Positions 19,429 to 32,510 of a DNA stretch of 38,043 bases are shown here, in pieces. The position numbers and the translations under genes are program-made. The DNA is from Flavobacteriaceae bacterium. GTDB lineage: Bacteria > Bacteroidota > Bacteroidia > Flavobacteriales > Flavobacteriaceae. The stretch is from assembly GCA_002714815.1 (NCBI GenBank), contig PAYI01000054.1, positions 1 to 38,043 of the forward strand. Direction: 5' to 3'. The notes beneath the pieces are model-generated. The model was not told the DNA's origin and did not search any database. It saw only the letters and a program-made list of their open reading frames with translations. Position 1 is the stretch's first letter; the number at the start of each line of letters is the position of its first letter.

Positions 19429-19920
19429 ATGGCTAAACTAAAAGTTTTAACATTTCCTGATCCAAGATTAAGAAAAGTTGCTGTACCAGTTAAAAAATTC
19501 GACAAAAGTTTAGAAAATATAACTTCTGACATGCTTGAAACCATGTATGCAGAGGGGGGAATTGGTCTTGCAGCAACACAGGTTGATATTCATGAAAGAA
19601 TTATAGTTATGGATCTTTCTGAAGAGCAAAATGATCCTAAAATATTCATTAATCCTGAATATAAGATTTTAAACGACAAAAGTCTACTTTCTTTTAGTGA
19701 AGGGTGCTTATCTGTACCTGGGGTTAATGAAGAGATTACAAGGCCTGATAGTATTTATCTATCATGGCAAGATATAAAAGGTAATTTCCATGAAGCAGAG
19801 CCATCTGGATTATTAACCGTTTGCATCCAGCATGAGATTGATCATCTTGAAGGAAAGTTAATGGTTGATTATCTATCTCCTTTAAAAAGAGGCAGGATCA
19901 GGAAGAAAGCTTCTAAATAA
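19429..19920 (+). CDS. def: Peptide deformylase
   Basis: Three Def motifs: GIGLAATQV, EGCLSVPG, HEIDHLEG. The track starts at GTG 19423; ATG 19429 (MAKLKVLTFPDPRL) matches typical Def N-termini better. Confidence 0.93.
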   Translation: MAKLKVLTFPDPRLRKVAVPVKKFDKSLENITSDMLETMYAEGGIGLAATQVDIHERIIVMDLSEEQNDPKIFINPEYKILNDKSLLSFSEGCLSVPGVNEEITRPDSIYLSWQDIKGNFHEAEPSGLLTVCIQHEIDHLEGKLMVDYLSPLKRGRIRKKASK

Positions 19921-19938
19921 AAGAATTTATAAGAAAAT

Positions 19939-20859
19939 ATGAAAGTTTTATTTGCTGGCTCCCCCGAATCATCTGCGCAAATACTAAACTATCTTGTTAA
20001 AGAAGGGTTTAAGGTTATTGGGGTAATAAGTCAACCTAATAAAAGATCAAATAGAGGAAAAGGCAAAGAAGCATCTCCTGTTTCTAAAGAAGCTTTTAAA
20101 CTTGGGATCCCAACTTTTAAACCTGCATCTCTGGATAAATCCTTTAAAAAAGAAATTGAGCTCTTAGATTTTGATTTCTTATTGGTTTCAGCCTACGGAA
20201 AAATATTGCCAGATTGGTTGCTTAAAAGCCCGAACGTTTCTCCGGTAAATATCCATTTTTCTCTTTTGCCAAAACATAGAGGAGCTTCACCTATACAGAC
20301 AGCAATATTAAATGGTGATAAAAAAACAGGTGTCTCGCTCATGAAGATGATTCAAGGCATGGATGAAGGGCCGGTTTATTGTTTTCATGAAACAAAGATT
20401 TTAAGAGATGAAAATAAAAGAGAACTTGAAGATAGGCTAACTTCTTTATGTATTAAAAATATTGCTGCAGACCTCGATAATATTTTTCATAAAAAGCTTC
20501 TTCCTGCTGAACAAAATGACTCTGAGGCAAGCTATTGTAAAAAGATAAATAAATTGTCAGGCAAAATTGAATTTAAGAAAGAAAATACTGCCGATATCAT
20601 TCAAAAACATAAGGCCTATATTGGCTGGCCAGGTCTGTATTTTGAAAAAAATAATACGGTGATTAAGATACATGGACTGGAGAAGTATAATGGAAGCAGT
20701 ACGGACCTTAAAGTCAAAAGTTTTAGATTTATATCTAGTGGTTTGCTTGTAAAAACAATAGATTCTGCGATAGTTATCACTCACTTACAATTTCCAGGAA
20801 AGCGTATTATCCCCGCTATAGATGCTGCAAATTCATATGCTAAATTTTTTGAAGGATAA
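19939..20859 (+). CDS. fmt: Methionyl-tRNA formyltransferase
   Basis: 306 aa. NIHFSLLPKHRGASPIQ formyltransferase motif. Directly downstream of def. Confidence 0.92.
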   Translation: MKVLFAGSPESSAQILNYLVKEGFKVIGVISQPNKRSNRGKGKEASPVSKEAFKLGIPTFKPASLDKSFKKEIELLDFDFLLVSAYGKILPDWLLKSPNVSPVNIHFSLLPKHRGASPIQTAILNGDKKTGVSLMKMIQGMDEGPVYCFHETKILRDENKRELEDRLTSLCIKNIAADLDNIFHKKLLPAEQNDSEASYCKKINKLSGKIEFKKENTADIIQKHKAYIGWPGLYFEKNNTVIKIHGLEKYNGSSTDLKVKSFRFISSGLLVKTIDSAIVITHLQFPGKRIIPAIDAANSYAKFFEG

Positions 20860-20911
20860 TTTAAGTTCTGCAGTTCTTCCAATTGACTAAAAAGAGGTTT
20901 AATTTATAACA

Positions 20912-22270
20912 ATGAAAATTTTAATTCTGGGTGCGGGAAGGGTAGGAAGCAGCCTTGCATCTACACTTTCAAAGCAACAATATGAAGTTAGTATAGTTGA
21001 CCAAAATAAAGATAAACTTTTAAGACTTCAGGAAGATTTTGATTTAGCCACGGAAATTGGTCATGCCTCCCACCCTAATACCCTTGAAAGAGCTGGAGCA
21101 GATCAAGAAACTATTTTGCTAGCTGTGACTAATAGCGATGAATGCAATATTACGTCCTGCCAAATTGCAAAATCTAAATTTAATGTTAAAAAAACAATTT
21201 GTAGGCTTTCTGATTCTTCTTACCTTGAATCTTTAGAGGCATTTGGCGAGAAAAATATTGATATTGCTATTGGCCCTGAGAATGAGGTTACTGAACATCT
21301 TGTTGATTTAATTAAGCATCCAGGTGCGGAGCAAATTGAATCATTTGCAAATGGCTACCTTAAAGTAGTTTCAGTAAAAGCTAAAAAAGACGGAATGTTG
21401 GTTAATAGAGAACTTAAAAGCATAAAGAGTGATATGCCAGACACGGATACATTTGTTCCTGCAATATATAGAAAAGGGAAGCCCTTGATACCAGAGGGCA
21501 AAACAATAATAAAAGAAAATGATGAAATATACTTCTTAGCAGCAGAAAGCGATATCGATAGTGTTGTGCAGGAAATGAGGCTTCAAGACACATCTAGCTC
21601 AAGAATAATGATAATAGGCGGCGGAAAAATTGGCTTTGCATTAGCAAAAGCACTAGAAGAGGACTATAAAATTAAGATTATAGATCCAGATAAAGATAGG
21701 TGCGAGCTCCTTTCAAAAGAATTAAACAAAACGATTGTATTAAAAGGTGGCGGATCTGATGAAGAGCTCCTTAAAAGTGAGAATATAGAAAATATAGACA
21801 TTTTTTGTGCTTTAACGAACGATGATGAGACTAACATTATGTCAGCCTTTCTTGCAAAAAAACTTGGCGCCAAAAAAACAATTATTATTGTAAATAATTA
21901 CACATACATAAACATACTTCCTAAAAATTTTGTTGATATTGCTCTGTCGCCCCAAAGACTAACCGTCTCTATGGTTTTACAGCATCTTGCAAAAGGTGAT
22001 GTTCCACAAGAAGTTATTTTTAAAATGCATAGCGGTGCTGAGGCGATAGAAGGAATAATTCATCAAAATAAATTTACTAAAGGGTTTTTTGATAAGCCTA
22101 TTTCTGAACTTCCTCTTCCAGAAGGTTGCGTCATTGCAGCCGTAATAAGAAGGGAGGATATTTTTATGCATTCAGAAGATTTACTTCTAAAACCAAATGA
22201 TAGGATCATAGTTTTTATTCTTGGAAAAACTGATAAAGAAAAAATAGAAAATCTTTTTTTGGAAGACTGA
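20912..22270 (+). CDS. trkA: Trk system potassium uptake protein TrkA
   Basis: 452 aa with two tandem RCK/NAD-binding halves (MKILILGAGRVGSSLA and IMIIGGGKIGFALA). Confidence 0.92.
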   Translation: MKILILGAGRVGSSLASTLSKQQYEVSIVDQNKDKLLRLQEDFDLATEIGHASHPNTLERAGADQETILLAVTNSDECNITSCQIAKSKFNVKKTICRLSDSSYLESLEAFGEKNIDIAIGPENEVTEHLVDLIKHPGAEQIESFANGYLKVVSVKAKKDGMLVNRELKSIKSDMPDTDTFVPAIYRKGKPLIPEGKTIIKENDEIYFLAAESDIDSVVQEMRLQDTSSSRIMIIGGGKIGFALAKALEEDYKIKIIDPDKDRCELLSKELNKTIVLKGGGSDEELLKSENIENIDIFCALTNDDETNIMSAFLAKKLGAKKTIIIVNNYTYINILPKNFVDIALSPQRLTVSMVLQHLAKGDVPQEVIFKMHSGAEAIEGIIHQNKFTKGFFDKPISELPLPEGCVIAAVIRREDIFMHSEDLLLKPNDRIIVFILGKTDKEKIENLFLED

Positions 22271-23712
22271 TGAACTACAAATCAATTTTTAACTTGTTGG
22301 GTATACTGCTTGGAATATTCAGTCTTTCTTTTGTACCGCCTTTAGTTCTTACTTTTCTATATGATGAATCTGGTAAAGAAATCTTTCTATACTCTTTCAT
22401 ATTCTTCTCAATTTTGGGTGGGTCTATATGGGCAGCGACTCGTCAACAAAATTTACCACTAAATATTTCTGATGGCTTTATTATCACGACTTTGTTTTGG
22501 GTTGTTCTGGCATGTGTTGGATCAATTCCATTTTATTTTTTTGGAATAAATATCAGCGATGCCATTTTTGAATCAGTTTCAGGAATTACAACAACTGGTG
22601 CTACAACTATAGTTGGTTTAGACAGTCTTCCAAAATCAATTCTTTTATATCGTCAGCTGCTTCAGTGGATAGGTGGAATGGGTTTAATAGTTTTAGCTGT
22701 TGCGGTAATGCCAGCACTAGGAATTGGTGGAGGCCAACTTTATAAAATGGAGCTTCCTGGAAGTCATAGTAGTCAAAAACTTACTCCTAGAATAACAGAT
22801 AGCGCCAAAGCTCTTTGGAAAATATATGCTGGCCTCACGTTTATGTGCGCTACGCTATATCTATTTGCTGGGATGAGTTTATTTGATTCCATTGCTCACA
22901 GTTTAAGCACTGTCGCAGGAGGGGGGTTTTCAACCCATGACGAAAGCATAGGTTTTTTTAATAACGCATTTATAGAAACTACTTGTATTATCTTTATGTT
23001 ACTTTCTGCCGCCTCATTTGCTGTGCATTACGCAGCAATATTTGGAGGGAAGCCTCTTAAATATTTTGATGATTCAGAGTTTAAATTTTTCTTATATGTT
23101 GTGCTATTGATAATTATAATATCAGTAATTGTTCACTCTGTAAGTAACTCTTTTACTGATGTTTTTTCTATGATTGGCTCAACTATTTTTCATACTGTTT
23201 CCATAGTTACAACGTCGGGTTTTACCACAGACAACTTCTCCCTATGGCCGGGTTTTTTACCATATCTTTTGCTAGTTGGTGCATTTATGGGAGCATGCTC
23301 TCAGTCTGTTGGTGGGGGCATAAAAGCTTGGCGGGTTTTAATTATGGTTAACCAAGCATACAAGGAAATATTAAAAACAATTCACCCAAATGCCGTCCTT
23401 ACTTCAAAGATTGGTACTAAAGTTATTGATGCAAAAATTGCTGAAAAAGTTTGGGGCTTTTTTTCTATCTATGTTTTTATATTTATGTTCCTTCTTATGG
23501 CAATGCTTGGAACTGGAGTAAGTTTTGAGACTGCATTTTCTGCTGTTGGTGCTTGCCTAAATAATTTAGGTCCTGGGTTAGGTGATGTTGCTAACAACTA
23601 TTCAAGTATTAGCGAGCTTGGAAAATATATTTTATGTTTTGCTATGATTTTAGGAAGGCTTGAGATATTTACACTACTTGTATTATTTACCCCTGCATTT
23701 TGGCGTCGCTAA
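22270..23712 (+). CDS. trkH: Trk system potassium uptake protein TrkH
   Basis: 480 aa polytopic protein. Repeated selectivity-filter-like segments (SGITTTGATT, STVAGGGFS, TTSGFTT, LNNLGPGLG). Its start shares one base with the trkA stop (TGATG). Confidence 0.9.
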   Translation: MNYKSIFNLLGILLGIFSLSFVPPLVLTFLYDESGKEIFLYSFIFFSILGGSIWAATRQQNLPLNISDGFIITTLFWVVLACVGSIPFYFFGINISDAIFESVSGITTTGATTIVGLDSLPKSILLYRQLLQWIGGMGLIVLAVAVMPALGIGGGQLYKMELPGSHSSQKLTPRITDSAKALWKIYAGLTFMCATLYLFAGMSLFDSIAHSLSTVAGGGFSTHDESIGFFNNAFIETTCIIFMLLSAASFAVHYAAIFGGKPLKYFDDSEFKFFLYVVLLIIIISVIVHSVSNSFTDVFSMIGSTIFHTVSIVTTSGFTTDNFSLWPGFLPYLLLVGAFMGACSQSVGGGIKAWRVLIMVNQAYKEILKTIHPNAVLTSKIGTKVIDAKIAEKVWGFFSIYVFIFMFLLMAMLGTGVSFETAFSAVGACLNNLGPGLGDVANNYSSISELGKYILCFAMILGRLEIFTLLVLFTPAFWRR

Positions 23713-24572
23713 TCTCTATAAACATCTCCTGGCGCTGAAAGTAGCCTTCTAAACTTTTTATATTCCCATGAGTATTCAGCAGGTGATTGCCTAATTACTG
23801 TCTCCATTTCATCATTCATTACTTGAACACCAAATTCAGAATAAATATTATTGCTTGGTTTTTTAAAATTTATCACATGTCCGATATTTTTTTCATATGA
23901 AAGGTACGAAAGAAGAATTGGTTTTTTAGACTTGCGAGCTAAATTTGGAGCCAGTGCAAATGAATAGCACTCATGATCAAAGAATTTAGCATAAACTCCG
24001 AGACCTCTAGCTGGAACCTGATCAGAAGCCATACAAATCATTTGATTATCTTTTAAAGAATTGAGAATAGTTTTTACTCCCCCTATTCCAGTTTCAACCA
24101 TTTTACAATCCCCCTCTTCTCTAAATTTTTTTACAAATCTATCGACGGGCCTTAATTTAATTTTTTTATAAAGTGTTGTGTTTGATCTTTGTGTACTAAT
24201 CCATCTCAGCAAAAAATCTATGCTTCTATTATGGATGGCAAAAATTATTAATCCGCTCTCCTGATCAGGATTATTAAATAAAAACCTATTGTTAATTTTT
24301 TTTGTTTCATGAACAATTTTTTTGCTGGAACGAGACCAAGTGTATAAAGTTTCATAAAAACTTTTTAATGTTTCTTTATAACTTTCTTTGGCGAGCACAT
24401 CTAATTCATCTCCAGTAAGTTCTGAAAAAGCAATAGATAAGTTTTTTCTAGTAACTATAAATGTAGGCGCCAAACTTAAAATATTTAGGGGAACGAGCTT
24501 AAGTGCGATATCACAAATGAGAAATGCAAATTTCAGTGGAAAGATTGAAAAAATATAAAAAATTATTCTCAT
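23709..24572 (-). CDS. Lipid A biosynthesis lauroyl/myristoyl acyltransferase family (LpxL/HtrB-like)
   Basis: 287 aa with an N-terminal TM helix. HX4D acyltransferase motif (HNRSID) and the overall LpxL-like layout. Which acyl chain or step it handles cannot be told from sequence. Confidence 0.75.
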   Translation of the reverse strand: MRIIFYIFSIFPLKFAFLICDIALKLVPLNILSLAPTFIVTRKNLSIAFSELTGDELDVLAKESYKETLKSFYETLYTWSRSSKKIVHETKKINNRFLFNNPDQESGLIIFAIHNRSIDFLLRWISTQRSNTTLYKKIKLRPVDRFVKKFREEGDCKMVETGIGGVKTILNSLKDNQMICMASDQVPARGLGVYAKFFDHECYSFALAPNLARKSKKPILLSYLSYEKNIGHVINFKKPSNNIYSEFGVQVMNDEMETVIRQSPAEYSWEYKKFRRLLSAPGDVYRD

Positions 24573-24711
24573 ACAAGGTTTTTACTAATTATCTTCCTTT
24601 AATTAAGTAATTTATATACTTATCTATGAAGAGTTGAGCAAAATCTATATAGATATAATAAAAATAACTGCATAATATAGTCTTTTCAAACATGAAGTAT
24701 AAAGGTTTATT

Positions 24712-26061
24712 TTGACAGCAAAAACAATGGAAGAACTAGTTGCTCTTTGTAAAAGAAGAGGGTTTATATTCCAATCAAATGAAATTTATGGAGGTCTACA
24801 AGGCTTATATGATTATGGTCCGCTAGGAGTTGAGCTAAAAAATAACTTAAAGCAATCGTGGTGGAGGGAAATGGTTTTTGATAGAGATGATGTTGAGGGG
24901 TTGGACGCTTCGATTTTAACTAAACCAAATGTTTTAAAATTTTCAGGTCATGAGACTACATTTTCAGACCCAATGGTGGATTGTAAATCTTGCAATCAGC
25001 GTTTCAGAGCTGATCAAGTTCCTGATCATTGTAAAAAAGAAGACCTTACTGAGCCAAGGCAGTTTAACCTGATGTTTAAAACGGCAGTTGGGCCTGTTGA
25101 GGACAAAGATTCCTTTGCATATCTTAGACCTGAGACAGCTCAAAATATTTTTACAAATTTTAAAAACGTTATAGATTCAACGTCTAGAAGAGTCCCCTTT
25201 GGAATAGCGCAAATTGGTAAAGCGTTTAGAAATGAGATAACACCTAGAAATTTTATCTTCAGAGTAAGAGAATTTGAACAAATGGAACTTGAATTCTTTG
25301 TTATTCCTGGGACAGATGATGAGTGGCATAAATGCTGGGTTGATAAAAGAATAAAATGGTGGGAAGAACAGGGGATAAGCAGAGAAAGTATAGAACTATA
25401 TAAAGTGCCAAAAGATGAACTTGCTCACTACTCAAAAGCTACTGTGGATATTATGTATAAATTTCCCCATGGTCTTGAGGAATTAGAGGGTATTGCTAAT
25501 AGAACAGACTTTGATTTGGGTTCGCATAGTAAAAATCAAGAAGATCTAAATATTCAGGCTGCTGTTATGGAAAACAATGAATCAAATTCAAGACTAGCAA
25601 CACAAAACCTGAAAACAAAAGAGTGGACTGTTCCATATGTAATTGAGCCCTCTGCAGGAGTAGATAGAGGGGTTCTTGCCATATTGAATGAAGCCTATAA
25701 AGTTGAAGAGCTTGATGATGGTAAAACTAGAACGGTTCTAAATCTTAGACCACACCTTGCGCCAATAAAGGCAGCTGTTATACCGCTTAAAAAAAATCAC
25801 GAAGATTTGGTAGATACTGCATCAAATATAAAAAAGGTTTTGCAAAAACTTAGGTTGGGCAGGGTCTTGCTTGAAAACTCAGGTAATATTGGCAAGAGCT
25901 ATAGGCGCCATGATGAAATTGGGACGCCATTATGTATAACTGTTGATTTTCAAACCCTTGAGGATAAGTCAGTAACTATTCGAGATAGGGACACGATGCA
26001 ACAAAAAAGAATAAACATAACGAAACTCTCAAAGTACTTAGAGGATATGATATTAAAGTAG
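24712..26061 (+). CDS. glyQS: Glycine--tRNA ligase, homodimeric (alpha2) type
   Basis: 449 aa. N-terminal [39 protein letters not shown], class II motif 2 FRNEITPR, motif 3 [14 protein letters not shown], and a C-terminal anticodon-binding-like domain. The track start is TTG 24712; ATG 24727 is an alternative. Confidence 0.9.
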   Translation: MTAKTMEELVALCKRRGFIFQSNEIYGGLQGLYDYGPLGVELKNNLKQSWWREMVFDRDDVEGLDASILTKPNVLKFSGHETTFSDPMVDCKSCNQRFRADQVPDHCKKEDLTEPRQFNLMFKTAVGPVEDKDSFAYLRPETAQNIFTNFKNVIDSTSRRVPFGIAQIGKAFRNEITPRNFIFRVREFEQMELEFFVIPGTDDEWHKCWVDKRIKWWEEQGISRESIELYKVPKDELAHYSKATVDIMYKFPHGLEELEGIANRTDFDLGSHSKNQEDLNIQAAVMENNESNSRLATQNLKTKEWTVPYVIEPSAGVDRGVLAILNEAYKVEELDDGKTRTVLNLRPHLAPIKAAVIPLKKNHEDLVDTASNIKKVLQKLRLGRVLLENSGNIGKSYRRHDEIGTPLCITVDFQTLEDKSVTIRDRDTMQQKRINITKLSKYLEDMILK

Positions 26062-26079
26062 ACAAAAGTTTATATTTAG

Positions 26080-29793
<3,714 letters not shown>

Positions 29794-29797
29794 TAAC

Positions 29798-30895
29798 CTA
29801 AATAAGGAGTGGCATTACAACATATTTAGGGCTATCACTTCCTGGGGGCGTAAGGAGGCAGCTTTTATCAGACCCAAAGAAGTTAATGTGACATATATCT
29901 GTTTGCATGTGTGACATTATTTCTTGAAGATAAGTTACATTAAAGGCAATATCTAACTCTTCTCCATTATAAGAAGCTGGGAAAAATTCTTCTGCTTCTT
30001 CTTGTTCTGGATTATTTGCTGAAATTCTAACACCATCATTAGAAGTTATTAATCTTATCCCTTTATATTTTTCGCTAGATAAAATAGAAACTCTGCTTAA
30101 TGTTTCTGAGAAATCTTTTACATTAATTTCTAAAACTGAGCTTTCACCCGATGGAATTACCTGTTCATAATCTGGAAATTTTCCATCTATTAATTTACTT
30201 TTGAAAATTAAATTTCCAACGGAGAGCTCTAATGAAGCTTCATTAATTTTCAATTCGGCATCTCCACCTTCGTCAGATAAAAATTTAGCCATTTCGTTAA
30301 TTGATTTTCTTGGAATAATTCCTGAAAAAGAATTATCAGATTGAGTAGAGACACTTGCCACTGCCAACCTATGAGCATCAGTAGTGACGGCTGTTATTTC
30401 TCCTCCGCTAATTGATAAATACAAGCCATTTAAATAATGCCGCCAGTCCTGGTTGCCCATAGCAAAAGATGTGTTTTTAATTAACCCTCTTAGATCTTTT
30501 GCTGGTATCACAATAGGCAAATCACCAGAAGGTATATCAAATACAGGAAAGTCAGCGCTGGGAAGTGTTGATAGTGAGTACTTACCATTAGTAGTTTTTA
30601 TATTTAATTTATCGCCGTTTAAGGATAGGTTTATTTCCTCTCCATCAGGAATCAATCGGCAAAGCTCGTTTAGTTTTTTTGCTGAAGTTGTGGTCTTACC
30701 TGAAGACTCTAAATTTAATAAGGGGCCGCTTGTTGTAACCTCAGATTCAAGATCGGTGGCCGTTAACTTAAAAGTATTTTCACCCACCTCAAAAAGAACA
30801 TTAGCGAGAATTGGAAGTGTCTGTCTTTTTTCTACTACACCCAGGGTGATATTAAGAGCAGAAACAATATCCTCTTTTTTAACAGTGATTTCCAT
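29798..30895 (-). CDS. dnaN: DNA polymerase III beta subunit (sliding clamp)
   Basis: 365 aa. N-terminal RQTLPILANVLFEV pattern and three-domain length. Immediately abuts the dnaA stop. Confidence 0.93.
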   Translation of the reverse strand: MEITVKKEDIVSALNITLGVVEKRQTLPILANVLFEVGENTFKLTATDLESEVTTSGPLLNLESSGKTTTSAKKLNELCRLIPDGEEINLSLNGDKLNIKTTNGKYSLSTLPSADFPVFDIPSGDLPIVIPAKDLRGLIKNTSFAMGNQDWRHYLNGLYLSISGGEITAVTTDAHRLAVASVSTQSDNSFSGIIPRKSINEMAKFLSDEGGDAELKINEASLELSVGNLIFKSKLIDGKFPDYEQVIPSGESSVLEINVKDFSETLSRVSILSSEKYKGIRLITSNDGVRISANNPEQEEAEEFFPASYNGEELDIAFNVTYLQEIMSHMQTDICHINFFGSDKSCLLTPPGSDSPKYVVMPLLI

Positions 30896-32185
30896 TTAAT
30901 TTGTTAGTGTCCTGTTAAGGTTTCTGTAATCTTCTTCAAGTGAGGGTATTTCTTTTCTTAATTCTTTGATCTTACTGCAAGCATGAAGAACAGTTGTATG
31001 ATCTCTACCATTGAAAGCTTCTCCAATTTCAGGGAGACTATGGTTTGTTAATTCTTTTGTTAGTGCCATAGCTAATTGTCTTGGCCTTGTAATAGACCTG
31101 CTTCTTCGTTTTGACAAAAGATCAGACAGTTTGATGTTGTAATACTCAGCTACTGTTTTTTGAATGTTGTCTATACTTACCATTTTTGCAGAAATAACAA
31201 AGAGATCCTTTAACGCCTCTTTTACAAATGGAATATCTATCTCTTGATCAGCAAACCGAGAATTTGCAACCACTCTTTTTAGTGCGCCCTCTAACTCTCT
31301 AATGTTTGATCTAATCCTTTGTGCTATATATATAGCACAATCATTTGGAAGGGTAACCCCCATAGAATTTGCCTTACTTAATAATACCGCAGCTCGTGTT
31401 TCAAGCTCTGGGGGCTCAATAATAACAGGAAGCCCCCAGCCAAGCCTTGATTTTAGGCGCTCTTCAAGCCCATCGATCTCTTTTGGATACTTATCACATG
31501 TAAGTATCATCTGGTGATTGCGGTCGAGAAGGGTATTAAATGTGTGAAAAAACTCCTCTTGTGACTGTTCTTTGCCCGCAAAAAACTGAATATCATCAAT
31601 TAAAAGGGCGTCGGCATTCCTATAAAACTCCTTAAACTCGCTCATAGCGCCCAATTGAAGGGCTTTTACCATATCTGCAACAAATTTTTCAGAGTGAACA
31701 TAGACTATTCTTTTGGAGGTATCTGAATTAAGTATTTCATTGCCTACAGCGTGCATTAGATGGGTTTTTCCAAGCCCAACACCACCGTAAATGAATAGTG
31801 GGTTATAATCACCTTTTGGATTGGCCGCAACCTGTTTTGCGGCGGCTAAAGCCATATGGTTGGATTTTCCCTCAACAAAAGTATTAAATGTGAAGCTTTG
31901 GACTAAACCAGGAGTATTTTCCTCAGTTACATTAAGTTTCTCAACAAATGTTGACTTATCAAGTGTTTTAAATTTTACATTTAAAGACTCGTCGGATTTA
32001 TTTACTAAATTTTCTATGATTTGGCCTAAGTTATCTTTTACATATGTAAGAACAAAATCATTTGGGGCGCTAATCTCTAAATCATTATTATTAATATCTG
32101 CTCTGAGGGGTTTAATCCAGGTGTTAAACTCTTCTTGTGAGAGTTTTGCTTCAAGCTTTTCAGTGCATTCAGACCAAAATTTCAA
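30896..32185 (-). CDS. dnaA: Chromosomal replication initiator protein DnaA
   Basis: 429 aa. Walker [17 protein letters not shown], and the C-terminal DNA-binding domain ([14 protein letters not shown]). TTG start preceded by GGAGG 9 nt upstream. Confidence 0.97.
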   Translation of the reverse strand: MKFWSECTEKLEAKLSQEEFNTWIKPLRADINNNDLEISAPNDFVLTYVKDNLGQIIENLVNKSDESLNVKFKTLDKSTFVEKLNVTEENTPGLVQSFTFNTFVEGKSNHMALAAAKQVAANPKGDYNPLFIYGGVGLGKTHLMHAVGNEILNSDTSKRIVYVHSEKFVADMVKALQLGAMSEFKEFYRNADALLIDDIQFFAGKEQSQEEFFHTFNTLLDRNHQMILTCDKYPKEIDGLEERLKSRLGWGLPVIIEPPELETRAAVLLSKANSMGVTLPNDCAIYIAQRIRSNIRELEGALKRVVANSRFADQEIDIPFVKEALKDLFVISAKMVSIDNIQKTVAEYYNIKLSDLLSKRRSRSITRPRQLAMALTKELTNHSLPEIGEAFNGRDHTTVLHACSKIKELRKEIPSLEEDYRNLNRTLTN

Positions 32186-32261
32186 TTTATTAGACCTCCG
32201 GTAGAAAAGTTAGTCTAACAAAAACTAACAAGATATCTACAGCATAAGCATATGTATTTTC

Positions 32262-32270
32262 TGTGGATAA
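32262..32270 (-). promoter_or_regulatory. Perfect consensus DnaA box (TTATCCACA on the minus strand)
   Basis: The + strand reads TGTGGATAA at 32262-32270, 77 nt upstream of the dnaA TTG start, in the dnaA-rpmH spacer. Confidence 0.6.
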
Positions 32271-32362
32271 CTTGTGGGCATCTAATGGGTCTATTTTTAG
32301 GTTATTTTTCTTTCAATTCACACACAATGCTATATAATTTTGTGCTAATTTTTTAGGTAATT

Positions 32363-32497
32363 ATGAAAAGAACATTTCAACCCAGCACATTAAAAAGAAA
32401 GCGGGCTCATGGCTTTAGAGCAAGAATGTCAACCAAGGCTGGTAGGGCGATTATTGCTAATAGAAGAAAAAAGGGTCGCAAGGTATTAACCGCTTAG
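32363..32497 (+). CDS. rpmH: 50S ribosomal protein L34
   Basis: Too short for the ORF track. Hand translation gives [44 protein letters not shown] (44 aa), essentially the universal L34 sequence. Confidence 0.96.
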   Translation: MKRTFQPSTLKRKRAHGFRARMSTKAGRAIIANRRKKGRKVLTA

Positions 32498-32510
32498 TTA
32501 TTTAGGCTTC

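Noticed and set aside
19417-19429. TATAAT at 19417-19422 lies 6 nt before the def ATG (19429). This would put a transcription start on the A of the ATG and give a leaderless def-fmt mRNA.
   Set aside because: There is no convincing -35 element at 16-18 bp spacing (TTGATT is only 14 bp away) and no extended -10 TG. TATAAT is expected by chance in DNA this AT-rich. Not supportable without TSS data.
24573-24715. A possible T-box leader or regulatory uORF upstream of glyQS. Gram-positive glyQS genes are classic T-box targets, and a 7-codon ORF (ATG 24692 to TGA 24715) overlaps the TTG start.
   Set aside because: The spacer is only 139 bp. I cannot find the conserved T-box element (GGGTGG...ACCGCG-like) or a terminator/antiterminator pair. 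The mini-ORF is plausibly chance in AT-rich DNA.
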